DNA from: the human T2T-CHM13v2.0 reference genome, Homo sapiens
Reading direction: 5' to 3' (one strand)
DNA length: 64,000 nt
Assembly: GCF_009914755.1 (NCBI RefSeq)
Contig: NC_060943.1
Shown: positions 1 through 12,300 of the stretch, one piece after another
Position numbering within the stretch: the first letter of the stretch is position 1
Layout: each line of letters starts with the position of its first letter
Translations under genes and position numbers: made by a program
Notes under the pieces: model-generated
Database searches by the model: none
What the model saw: only the letters and a program-made list of their open reading frames with translations
What the model was told of the DNA's origin: nothing

Positions 1-24
1 TGGATATTCAGACCTCCTTGAGGC

Positions 25-41
25 CTTCGTTGGAAACGGGA
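25..41 (+). promoter_or_regulatory. CENP-B box (first of about 185, one per dimer, in the B-type monomer)
   Basis: Exact canonical 17-mer CTTCGTTGGAAACGGGA; recurs every 340 bp (365, 705, 1045...) in the same orientation across the window. Confidence 0.97.
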
Positions 42-192
42 TTTCTTCATATTCTGCTACAGAGAAGAAGTCTCAGTAACTTCCTTGTGTTGTGTGTATT
101 CAACTCACAGAGTTGAACGATCCTTTACACAGAGCAGACTTGAAACACTCTTTTTGTGGAATTTGCAAGTGGAGATTTCAGCCGCTTTGAGG

Positions 193-210
193 TCAATGGT
201 AGAATAGGAA
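193..210 (+). promoter_or_regulatory. pJalpha-type (A-box) motif in the A-type monomer (representative copy)
   Basis: TCAATGGTAGAATAGGAA / TCAATGGTAGAAAAGGAA sits at the position homologous to the CENP-B box in alternate monomers, as expected for J1 A-type monomers. Confidence 0.75.
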
Positions 211-3200
211 ATATCTTCCTATAGAAACTAGACAGAATTGTTCTCAGAAACTCCTTTGTGATGTGTGCGTTCAACTCACAGAGTTTAACCTTTCTTTTCA
301 TAGAGCAGTTAGGAAACACTCTGTTTGTAAAGTCTGGAAGTGGATATTCAGACCTCCTTGAGGCCTTCGTTGGAAACGGGATTTCTTCATATTATGCTTG
401 ACAGAAGACTTCTCCGTAACTTCCTTGTATTGTGTGTATTCAACTCACAGAGTTGAACGATCCTTTACACAGAGCAGACTTGAAACACTCTTTTTGTGGA
501 ATTTGCAAGTGGAGATTTCAGCCGCTTTGAGGTCCATGGTAGAAAAGGAAATATCTTCGTATAAAAACTAGACAGAATGATTCTCAGAAACTCCGTTGTG
601 ATGTGTGCGTTCAACTCACAGAGTTTAACCTTTCTTTTCATAGAGCAGTTAGGAAACACTCTGTTTGTAAAGTCTGCAAGTGGATATTCAGACCTCTTTG
701 AGGCCTTCGTTGGAAACGGGATTTCTTCATATTCTGCTACAGAGAAGAATTCTCAGTAACTTCCTTGTGTTGTGTGTATTCAACTCACAGAGTTCAACGA
801 TCCTTTACACAGAGCAGACTTGAAACACTGTTTTTGTGGAATTTGCAAGTGGAGATTTCAGCCGCTTTGAGGTCAATGGTAGAAAAGGAAATATCTTCCT
901 ATAAAAACTAGACAGAGTGATTCTCAGAAATTCCTTTGTGATGTCTGCGTTCAACTGACAGAGTTTAACCTTTCTTTTCATAGAGCAGTTAGGAAACACT
1001 CTGTTTGTAAAGTCTGCAAGTGGATATTCAGACCTCCTTGAGGCCTTCGTTGGAAACGGGATTTCTTCATATTATGCTAGACAGAAGAATTCTCAGTAAC
1101 TTCCTTGTGTTGTGTGTATTCAACTCACAGAATTGAACGATCCTTTACACAGAGCAGACTTGAAACACTCTTTTTGTGGAATTTGCAAGTGGAGATTTCT
1201 GCCGCTTTGAGGTCAATGGTAGAAAAGGAAATATCTTCGTATAAAAACTAGAGAGAATGATTCTCAGAAACTCCTTTGTGATGTGTGCGTTCAACTCACA
1301 GAGTTTAACCTTTCTTTTCATAGAGCAGTTAGGAAACACTCTGTTTGTAAAGTCTGCAAGTGGATATTCGGACCTCCTTGAGGCCTTCTTGGAAACGGGA
1401 TTTCTTCTTATTATGCTACACAGAAAAATTCTCAGTAACTTCCTTGTGTTGTGTGTATTCAACTCACAGAGTTGAATGATCCTTTACAGAGAGCAGACTT
1501 GAAACACTCTTTTTGTGGAATTTGCAAGTGGAGATTTCAGCCGCTTTGAGGTCAATGGTAGAATAGGAAATATCTTCCTATAGAAACTAGACAGAATGAT
1601 TCTCAGAAAATCCTTTGTGATGTGTGCGTTCAACTCACAGAGTTTAACCTTTCTTTTCATAGAGCAGTTAGGAAACACTCTGTTTGTAAAGTCTGCAAGT
1701 GGATATTTAGACCTCTTTGGGGCCTTCGTTGGAAACGGGCTTTCTTCATATTATGCTAGACACAAGAATTCTCAGTAACTTCCTTGTGTTGTGTGTATTC
1801 AACTCACAGAGTTGAACGATCTCTTACACAGAGCAGAGTTGAAACACTCTTTTTCTGGAATTTGCAAGTGGAGATTTCAGCCGCTTTGAGGTCAATGGTA
1901 GAATAGGAAATATCTTCCTATAGAAACTAGACAGAATGATTCTCAGAAACTCCTTTGTGATGTGTGCGTTCAACTCACAGAGATTAACCTTTCTTTTCAT
2001 AGAGCAGTTAGGAAACACTCTGTTTGTAAAGTCTGCAAGTGGATATTCAGACCTCTTTGAGGCCTTCGTTGGAAACGGGATTTCTTCATATTCTGCTAGA
2101 CAGAAGAATTCTCAGTAACTTCCTTGTGTTGTGTGTATTCAACTCACAGAGTTGAACGATCCTTTACACAGAGCAGACTTGAAACACTCTTTTTGTGGAA
2201 TTTGCAAGTGGAGATTTCAGCCGCTTTGAGGTCAATTGTAGAAAAGGAAATATCTTCGTATAAAAACTAGACAGAATGATTCTCAGAAACTCCCTTGTGT
2301 TGTGTGCGTTCAACTCACAGAGTTTAACCTTTCTTTTCATAGAGCAGTTAGGAAACACTCTGTTTGTAAAGTCTGCAAGTGGATATTCAGACCTCCTTGA
2401 GGCCTTCGTTGGAAACGGGATTTCTTCATATTATGCTAGACAGAAGAATTCTCAGTAACTTCCTTGTGTTGTGTGTATTCAACTCACAGAGTTGAACGAT
2501 CCTTTACACAGAGCATACTTGAAACACTCTTCTTGTGGAATTTGCAAGTGGAGATTTCAGCCGATTTGAGGTCAATGGTAGAATAGGAAATATCTTCGTA
2601 TAAAAACTAGACAGAATGATTCTCAGAAACTCCTTTGTGATGTGTGCGTTCAACTCACAGAGTTTAACCTTTCTTTTCATAGAGCAGTTAGGAAACACTC
2701 TGTTTGTAAAGTCTGCAAGTGGATATTCCGACCTCCCTGAGGCCTTCTTTGGAAACGGGATTTCTTCTTATTATGCTAGACAGAAGAATTCTCAGTAACT
2801 TCCTTGTGTTGTGTGTATTCAACTCACAGAGTTGAACGATCCTCTACACAGAGCAGACTTGAAACACTCTTTTTGTGGAATTTGCAAGTGGAGATTTCAG
2901 CCGCTTTGAGGTCAATGGTAGAAAAGGAAATATCTTCGTATAAAAACTAGACAGAATCATTCTCAGAAACTCCTTTGTGATGTGTGCGTTCAACTCACAG
3001 AGTTTAACCTTTCTTTTCATAGAGCAGTTAGGAAACACTCTGTTTGTAAAGTCTGCAAGTGGATATTCAGACCTCTTTGAGGCCTTCGTTGGAAACGGGA
3101 TTTCTTCATATTCTGCTAGACAAAAGAATTATCAGTAACTTCCTTGTGTTGTGTGTATTCAACTCACAGAGTTGAACGATCCTTTACACAGAGCAGACTT

Positions 3201-3329
3201 GAAACACTCTTTTTGTGGAATTTGCAAGTGGAGATTTCAGCCGCTTTGAGGTCAATGGTAGAATAGGAAATATCTTCATATAGAAACTAGACAGAATGAT
3301 TCTCAGAAACTCCTTTGTGATGTGTGCGT

Positions 3330-6300
3330 TCAACTCACAGAGTTTAACCTTTCTTTTCATAGAGCAGTTAGGAAACACTCTGTTTGTAAAGTCTGCAAGT
3401 GGATATTCAGACCTCTTTGAGGCCATCGTTGGAAACGGGATTTCTTCATATTCTGCTAGAGAGAAGAATTCTCAGTAAATTCCTTGTGTTGTGTGTATTC
3501 ATCTCACAGAGTTGAACGATCCTTTACACAGAGCAGACTTGAAACACTCTTTTTGTGGAATTTGCAAGTGGAGATTTCAGCCGCTTTGAGGTCAATGGTA
3601 GAAAAGGAAATATCTTCGTATAAAAACTAGACAGAATCATTCTCAGAAACTCCTTTGTGATGTGTGCGTTCAACTCACAGAGTTTAACCTTTCTTTTCAT
3701 TGAGCAGTTAGGAAACACTCTGTTTGTAAAGTCTGCAAGTGGATATTCAGACCTCCTTGAGGCCTTCGTTGGAAACGGGATTTCTTCATATTATGCTAGA
3801 CAGAAGAATTCTCAGTAACTTCCTTGTGTTGTGTGTATTCAACTCACAGAGTTGAACGATCCTTTACACAGAGCATACTTGAAACACTCTTCTTGAGGAA
3901 TTTGCAAGTGGAGATTTCAGCCGATTTGAGGTCAATGGTAGAATAGGAAATATCTTCGTATAAAAACTAGACAGAATGATTCTCAGAAACTCCTTTGTGA
4001 TGTGTGCGTTCAACCCACAGAGTTTAACCTTTCTTTTCATAGAGCAGTTAGGAAACACTCTGTTTGTAAAGTCTGCAAGTGGATATTCAGACCTCTTTGA
4101 GGCCTTCGTTGGAAACGGGATTTCTTCATATTCTGCTAGACAGAAGAATTCTCAGTAACTTCCTTGTGTTGTGTGTATTCAACTCACAGAGTTGAACGGT
4201 CCTTTACACAGAGCAGACTTGAACCACTCTTTTTGTGGAATTTGCAAGTGGAGATTTCAGCCGCTTTGAGGTCAATGGTAGAATAGGAAATATCTTCCTA
4301 TAGAAACTAGACAGAATGATTCTCAGAAACTCCTTTGTGATGTGTGCGTTCAACTCACAGAGTTTAACCTTTCTTTTCATAGAGCAGTTAGGAAACACTC
4401 TGTTTGTAAAGTCTGCAAGTGGATAATCAGTCCTCTTTGAGGCTTTCGTTGGAAACGGGATTTCTTCATATTATGCTAGACAGAAGAATTCTCAGTAACT
4501 TCCTTGTGTTGTGTGTATTCAACTCACAGAGTTGAACGATCCTTTACACAGAGCAGACTTGAAACACTCTTTTTCTGGAATTTGCAAGTGGAGATTTCAG
4601 CCGCTTTGAGGTCAATGGTAGAATAGGAAATATCTTCCTATAGAAACTAGACAGAATGATTCTCAGAAACTCCTTTGTGATGTGTGCGTTCAACTCACAG
4701 AGTTTAACCTTTCTTTCCATAGAGCAGTTAGGAAACACTCTGTTTGTAAAGTCTGCAAGTGGATATTCAGACCTCTTTGAGGCCTTCGTTGGAAACGGGA
4801 TTTCTTCATATTCTGCTAGACAGAAGAATTCTCAGTAACTTCCTTGTGTTGTGTGTATTCAACTCACAGAGTAGAACGGTCTTTTACACAGAGCAGACTT
4901 GAACCACTCTTTTTGTGGAATTTGCAAGTGGAGATTTCAGCCGCTTTGAGGTCAATGGTAGAATAGGAAATATCTTCCTATAGAAACTAGGCAGAATGAT
5001 TCTCAGAAACTCCTTTGTGATGTGTGCGTTCAACTCACAGAGTTTAACCTTTCTTTTCATAGAGCAGTTAGGAAACACTCTGTTTGTAAAGTCTGCAAGT
5101 GGATATTCAGCCCTCTTTGAGGCTTTCGTTGGAAACGGGATTTCTTCATATTATGCTAGACACAAGAATTCTCAGTAACTTCCTTGTGTTGTGTGTATTC
5201 AACTCACAGAGTTGAACGATCTCTTACACAGAGCAGAGTTGAAACACTCTTTTTCTGGAATTTGCAAGTGGAGATTTCCGCCGCTTTGAGGTCAATGGTA
5301 GAATAGGAAATATCTTCCTATAGAAACTAGACAGAATGATTCTCAGAAACTCCTTTGTGATGTGTGCGTTCAACTCACAGAGTTTAACCTTTCTTTTCAT
5401 AGAGCAGTTAGGAAACACTCTGTTTGTAAAGTCTGCAAGTGGATATTCAGACCTCCTTGAGGCCTTCGTTGGAAACGGGATTTCTTCATATTATGCTAGA
5501 CAGAAGAATTCTCAGTAACTTCCTTGTGTTGTGTGTATTCAACTCACAGAGTTGAACGATCCTTTACACAGAGCATACTTGAAACACTCTTCTTGTGGAA
5601 TTTGCAAGTGGAGATTTCAGCCGATTTGTGGTCAATGGTAGAATAGGAAATATCTTCGTATAAAAACTAGACAGAATGATTCTCAGAAACTCCTTTGTGA
5701 TGTGTGCGTTCAACTCACAGAGTTTAACCTTTCTTTTCATAGAGCAGTTAGGAAACACTCTGTTTGTAAAGTCTGCAAGTGGATATTCAGACCTCCCTGA
5801 GGCCTTCTTTGGAAACGGGTTTTCTTCATATTATGCTAGACAGAAGAATTCTCAGTAACTTCCTTGTGTTGTGTGTATTCAACTCACAGAGTTGAACGAT
5901 CCTTTACACAGAGCAGACTTGAAACACTCTTTTTGTGGAATTTGCAAGTGGAGATTTCAGCCGCTTTGAGGTCAATGGTAGAAAAGGAAATATCTTCGTA
6001 TAAAAACTAGACAGAATCATTCTCAGAAACTCCTTTGTGATGTTTGCGTTCAACTCACAGAGTTTAACCTTTTTTTTCATAGAGCAGTTAGGAAACACTC
6101 TGTTTGTAAAGTCTGCAAGTGGATATTCAGACCTCTTTGAGGCCTTCGTTGGAAACGGGATTTCTTCATATTCTGCTAGACAGAAGAATTCTCAGTAACT
6201 TCCTTGTGTTGTGTGTATTCAACTCACAGAGTTGAACGATCCTTTACACAGAGCAGACTTGAAACACTCTTTTTGTGGAATTGGCAAGAGGAGATTTCAG

Positions 6301-9300
6301 CCGCTTTGAAGTCAATGGTAGTATAGGAAATATCTTCCTATAGAAACTAGACAGAATGATTCTCAGAAACTCCTTTGTGATGTGTGCGTTCAACTCACAG
6401 AGTTTAACCTTTCTTTTCATAGAGCAGTTAGGAAACACTCTGTTTGTAAAGTCTGCAAGTGGATATTCAGACCTCTTTGAGGCCATCGTTGGAAACGGGA
6501 TTTCTTCATATTCTGCTAGAGAGAAGAATTCTCAGTAACTTCCTTGTGTTGTGTGTATTCAACTCACAGAGTTCAACGATGCTTTACACAGAGTAGACTT
6601 GAAACACACTTTTTGTTGAATTTGCAAGTGGAGATTTCAGCCGCTTTTAGGTCAATGGTAGAATAGGAAATATCTTCCTATAGAAACTAGACAGAATGAT
6701 TCTCAAAAACTCCTTTGTGATGTGTGCGCTCAACTCACAGAGTTTAACCTTTCTTTTCATAGAGCAGTTAGGAAACACTCTGTTTGTAAAGTCTGCAAGT
6801 GGATATTCAGACCTCTTTGAGGCCTTCGTTGGAAACGGGATTTCTTCATATTCTGCTAGACAGAAGAATTCTCAGTAACTTCCTTGTGTTGTGTGTATTC
6901 AACTCACAGAGTTGAACGGTCCTTTACACAGAGCAGACTTGAACCACTCTTCTTGTGGAATTTGCAAGTGGAGATTTCAGCCGCTTTGAGGTCAATGGTA
7001 GAATAGGAAATATCTTCCTATAGAAACTAGACAGAATGATTCTCAGAAACTCCTTTGTGATGTGTGCGTTCAACTCACAGAGTTCAACCTTTCTTTTCAT
7101 AGAGCAGTTAGGAAACACTCTGTTTGTAAAGTCTGCAAGTGGATATTCAGACCACTTTGAGGCCTTCGTTGGAAACGGGTTTTCTTCATATTCTGCAAGA
7201 CAAAAGAATTCTCAGTAACTTCCTTGTGTTGTGTGTATTCAACTCACAGAGTTGAACGATCCTTTACACAGAGCAGACTTGAAACACTCTTTTTGTGGAA
7301 TTTGCAAGTGGAGATTTCAGCCGCTTTGAGGTCAATGGTAGAATAGGAAATATCTTCGTATAAAAACTAGACAGAATGATTCTAAGAAACTCCTTTGTGA
7401 TGTGTGCGTTCAACTCACAGAGTTTAACCTTTCTTTTCATAGAGCAGTTAGGAAACACTCTGTTTGTAAAGTCTGCAAGTGGATATTCAGACCTCTTTGA
7501 GGCCTTCGTTGGAAACGGGATTTCTTCATATTCTGCTAGACAGAAGAATTCTCAGTAACTTCCTTGTGTTGTGTGTATTCAACTCACAGAGTTCAACGAT
7601 CCTTTACACAGAGCAGACTTGAAACACTCTTTTTGTGGAATTTGCAAGTGGAGATTTCAGCCGCTTTGAGGTCAATGGTAGAATAGGAAATATCTTCCTA
7701 TAGAAACTAGACAGAATGATTCTCAGAAACTCCTTTGTGATGTGTGCGTCCAACTCACAGAGTTTAACCTTTCTTTTCATAGAGCAGTTAGGAAACACTC
7801 TGTTTGTAAAGTCTGCAAGTGGATATTCAGACCTCTTTGAGGCCTTCGTAGGAAACGGGATTTCTTCATATTATGCTAGACAGAAGAATTCTCAGTAACT
7901 TCCTTGTGTTGTGTGTATTCAACTCACAGAGTTGAACGATCCTTTACACAGAGCAGACTTGAAACACTCTTTTTCTGGAATTTGCAAGTGGAGGTTTCAG
8001 CCGCTTTGAGGTCAATGGTAGAATAGGAAATATCTTCCTATAGAAACTAGACAGAATGATTCTCAGAAACTCCTTTGTGATGTGTGCGTTCAACTGACAG
8101 AGTTTAACCTTTCTTTTCATAGAACATTTAGGAAACACTCTGTTTGTAAAGTCTGCAAGTGGATATTCAGACCTCTTTGAGGCCTTCGTTGGAAACGGGT
8201 TTTCTTCATATTCTGCTAGACAGAAGAATTCTCAGTAACTTCCTTGTGTTGTGTGTATTCAACTCACAGAGTTGAACGATACTTTACACAGAGCAGACTT
8301 GAAACACTCTTTTTGTGGAATTTGCAAGTGGAGATTTCAGCCGCTTTGAGGTCAATGGTAGAATAGGAAATATCTTCCTATAGAAACTAGACAGAATAAT
8401 TCTCAGAAACTCCTTTCTGATGTGCCCGTTCAACTCACAGAGTTTAACCTTTCTTTTCATAGAGCAGTTAGGAAACACTCTGTTTGTAAAGTCTGCAAGT
8501 GGATATTCAGACATCTTTGAGGCTTTCGTTGGAAACGGGATTTCTTCATATTCTGCTAGACAGAAGAATACTCAGAAACTTCCTTGTGTTGTGTGTTTTC
8601 AACTCACAGAGTTGAACGATGCTTTAAACAGAGTAGACTTGAAACACTCTTTTTGTGGAATTTGCAAGAGGAGATTTCAGCCGCTTTGAGGTCAATGGTA
8701 GAAAAGGAAATATCTTCGTATAAAAACTATACAGAATGATTCTCAGAAACTCCCTTGTGATGTGTGCGTTCAACTCACAGAGTTTAAGCTTTCTTTTCAT
8801 AGAGCAGTTAGGAAACACTCTGTTTGTAAAGTCTGCAAGTGGATATTCAGACCTCCTTGAGGCCTTCGTTGGAAACGGGATTTCTTCATATGATGCTAGA
8901 CAGAAGAATTCTCAGTAACTTCCTTGTGTTGTGTGTATTCAACTCACAGAGTTGAACGATCTCTTACACAGAGCAGAGTTGAAACACTCTTTTTCTGGAA
9001 TTTGCAAGTGGAGATTTCAGTCGCTTTGAGGTCAATGGTAGAATAGGAAATATCTTCCTATAGAAACTAGACAGAATGATTCTCAGAAACTCCTTTGTGA
9101 TGTGTGCGTTCAACTCACAGAGTTTAACCTTTCTTTTCATAGAGCAGTTAGGAAACACTCTGTTTGTAAAGTCTGCAAGTGGATATTCAGACCTCTTTGA
9201 GGCCATCGTTGGAAACGGGATTTCTTCATATTCTGCTAGAGAGAAGAATTCTCAGTAAATTCCTTGTGTTGTGTGTATTCAACTCACAGAGATGAACGAT

Positions 9301-12300
9301 CCTTTACACAGAGCAGACTTGAAACACTCTTTTTGTGGAATTTGCAAGTGGAGATTTCAGCCGCTTTGAGGTCAATGGTAGAAAAGGAAATATCTTCGTA
9401 TAAAAACTAGACAGAATCATTCTCAGAAACTCCTTTGTGATGTGTGCGTTCAACTCACAGAGTTTAACCTTTCTTTTCATTGAGCAGTTAGGAAACACTC
9501 TGTTTGTAAAGTCTGCAAGTGGATATTCAGACCTCCTTGAGGCCTTCGTTGGAAACGGGATTTCTTCATTTTATGCTAGACAGAAGAATTCTCAGTAACT
9601 TCCTTGTGTTGTGTGTATTCAACTCACAGAGTTGAACGATCCTTTACACAGAGCATACTTGAAACACTCTTCTTGAGGAATTTGCAAGTGGAGATTTCAG
9701 CCGATTTGAGGTCAATGGTAGAATAGGAAATATCTTCGTATAAAAACTAGACAGAATGATTCTCAGAAACTCCTTTGTGATGTGTGCGTTCAACCCACAG
9801 AGTTTAACCTTTCTTTTCATAGAGCAGTTAGGAAACACTCTGTTTGTAAAGTCTGCAAGTGGATATTCAGACCTCTTTGAGGCCTTCGTTGGAAACGGGA
9901 TTTCTTCATATTCTGCTAGACAGAAGAATTCTCAGTAACTTCCTTGTGTTGTGTGTATTCAACTCACAGAGTTGAACGGTCCTTTACACAGAGCAGACTT
10001 GAACCACTCTTTTTGTGGAATTTGCAAGTGGAGATTTCAGCCGCTTTGAGGTCAATGGTAGAATAGGAAATATCTTCCTATAGAAACTAGACAGAATGAT
10101 TCTCAGAAACTCCTTTGTGATGTGTGCGTTCAACTCACAGAGTTTAACCTTTCTTTTCATAGAGCAGTTAGGAAACACTCTGTTTGTAAAGTCTGCAAGT
10201 GGATAATCAGTCCTCTTTGAGGCTTTCGTTGGAAACGGGATTTCTTCATATTATGCTAGACACAAGAATTCTCAGTAACTTCCTTGTGTTGTGTGTATTC
10301 AACTCACAGAGTTGAACGATCCTTTACACAGAGCAGACTTGAAACACTCTTTTTCTGGAATTTGCAAGTGGAGATTTCAGCCGCTTTGAGGTCAATGGTA
10401 GAATAGGAAATATCTTCCTATAGAAACTAGACAGAATGATTCTCAGAAACTCCTTTGTGATGTGTGCGTTCAACTCACAGAGTTTAACCTTTCTTTCCAT
10501 AGAGCAGTTAGGAAACACTCTGTTTGTAAAGTCTGCAAGTGGATATTCAGACCTCTTTGAGGCCTTCGTTGGAAACGGGATTTCTTCATATTCTGCTAGA
10601 CAGAAGAATTCTTAGTAACTTCCTTGTGTTGTGTGTATTCAACCCACAGAGTTGAACGATCCTTTACACAGAGCAGACTTGAAACACTCTTTTTGTGGAA
10701 TTTGCAAGTGGAGATTTCAGCCGCTTTGAGGTCAATGTTAGAATAGGAAATATCTTCCTATAGAAACTAGACAGAATGATTCTCAGAAACTCCTTTGTGA
10801 TGTGTGCGTTCAACTCACAGAGTTTAACCTTTCTTTTCATAGAGCAGTTAGGAAACACTCTGTTTGTAAAGTCTGCAAGTGGATATTCAGACCTCTTTGA
10901 GGCCTTCGTTGGAAACGGGATTTCTTCATATTCTGCTAGACAGAAGAATTCTCAGTAACTTCCTTGTGTTGTGTGTATTCAACTCACAGAGTTGAACGGT
11001 CCTTTACACAGAGCAGACTTGAACCACTCTTTTTGTGGAATTTGCAAGTGGAGATTTCAGCCGCTTTGAGGTCAATGGTAGAATAGGAAATATCTTCCTA
11101 TAGAAACTAGACAGAATGATTCTCAGAAACTCCTTTGTGATGTGTGCGTTCAACTCACAGAGTTTAACCTTTCTTTTCATAGAGCAGTTAGGAAACACTC
11201 TGTTTGTAAAGTCTGCAAGTGGATATTCAGCCCTCTTTGAGGCTTTCGTTGGAAACGGGATTTCTTCATATTATGCTAGACACAAGAATTCTCAGTAACT
11301 TCCTTGTGTTGTGTGTATTCAACTCACAGAGTTGAACGATCTCTTACACAGAGCAGAGTTGAAACACTCTTTTTCTGGAATTTGCAAGTGGAGATTTCCG
11401 CCGCTTTGAGGTCAATGGTAGAATAGGAAATATCTTCCTATAGAAACTAGACAGAATGATTCTCAGAAACTCCTTTGTGATGTGTGCGTTCAACTCACAG
11501 AGTTTAACCTTTCTTTTCATAGAGCAGTTAGGAAACACTCTGTTTGTAAAGTCTGCAAGTGGATATTCAGACCTCCTTGAGGCCTTCGTTGGAAACGGGG
11601 TTTCTTCATATTATGCTAGACAGAAGAATTCTCAGTAACTTCCTTGTGTTGTGTGTATTCAACTCACAGAGTTGAACGATCCTTTACACAGAGCATACTT
11701 GAAACACTCTTCTTGTGGAATTTGCAAGTGGAGATTTCAGCCGATTTGTGGTCAATGGTAGAATAGGAAATATCTTCGTATAAAAACTAGACAGAATGAT
11801 TCTCAGAAACTCCTTTGTGATGTGTGCGTTCAACTCACAGAGTTTAACCTTTCTTTTCATAGAGCAGTTAGGAAACACTCTGTTTGTAAAGTCTGCAAGT
11901 GGATATTCAGACCTCCCTGAGGCCTTCTTTGGAAACGGGTTTTCTTCATATTATGCTAGACAGAAGAATTCTCAGTAACTTCCTTGTGTTGTGTGTATTC
12001 AACTCACAGAGTTGAACGATCCTTTACACAGAGCAGACTTGAAACACTCTTTTTGTGGAATTTGCAAGTGGAGATTTCAGCCGCTTTGAGGTCAATGGTA
12101 GAAAAGGAAATATCTTCGTATAAAAACTAGACAGAATCATTCTCAGAAACTCCTTTGTGATGTTTGCGTTCAACTCACAGAGTTTAACCTTTTTTTTCAT
12201 AGAGCAGTTAGGAAACACTCTGTTTGTAAAGTCTGCAAGTGGATATTCAGACCTCTTTGAGGCCTTCGTTGGAAACGGGATTTCTTCATATTCTGCTAGA

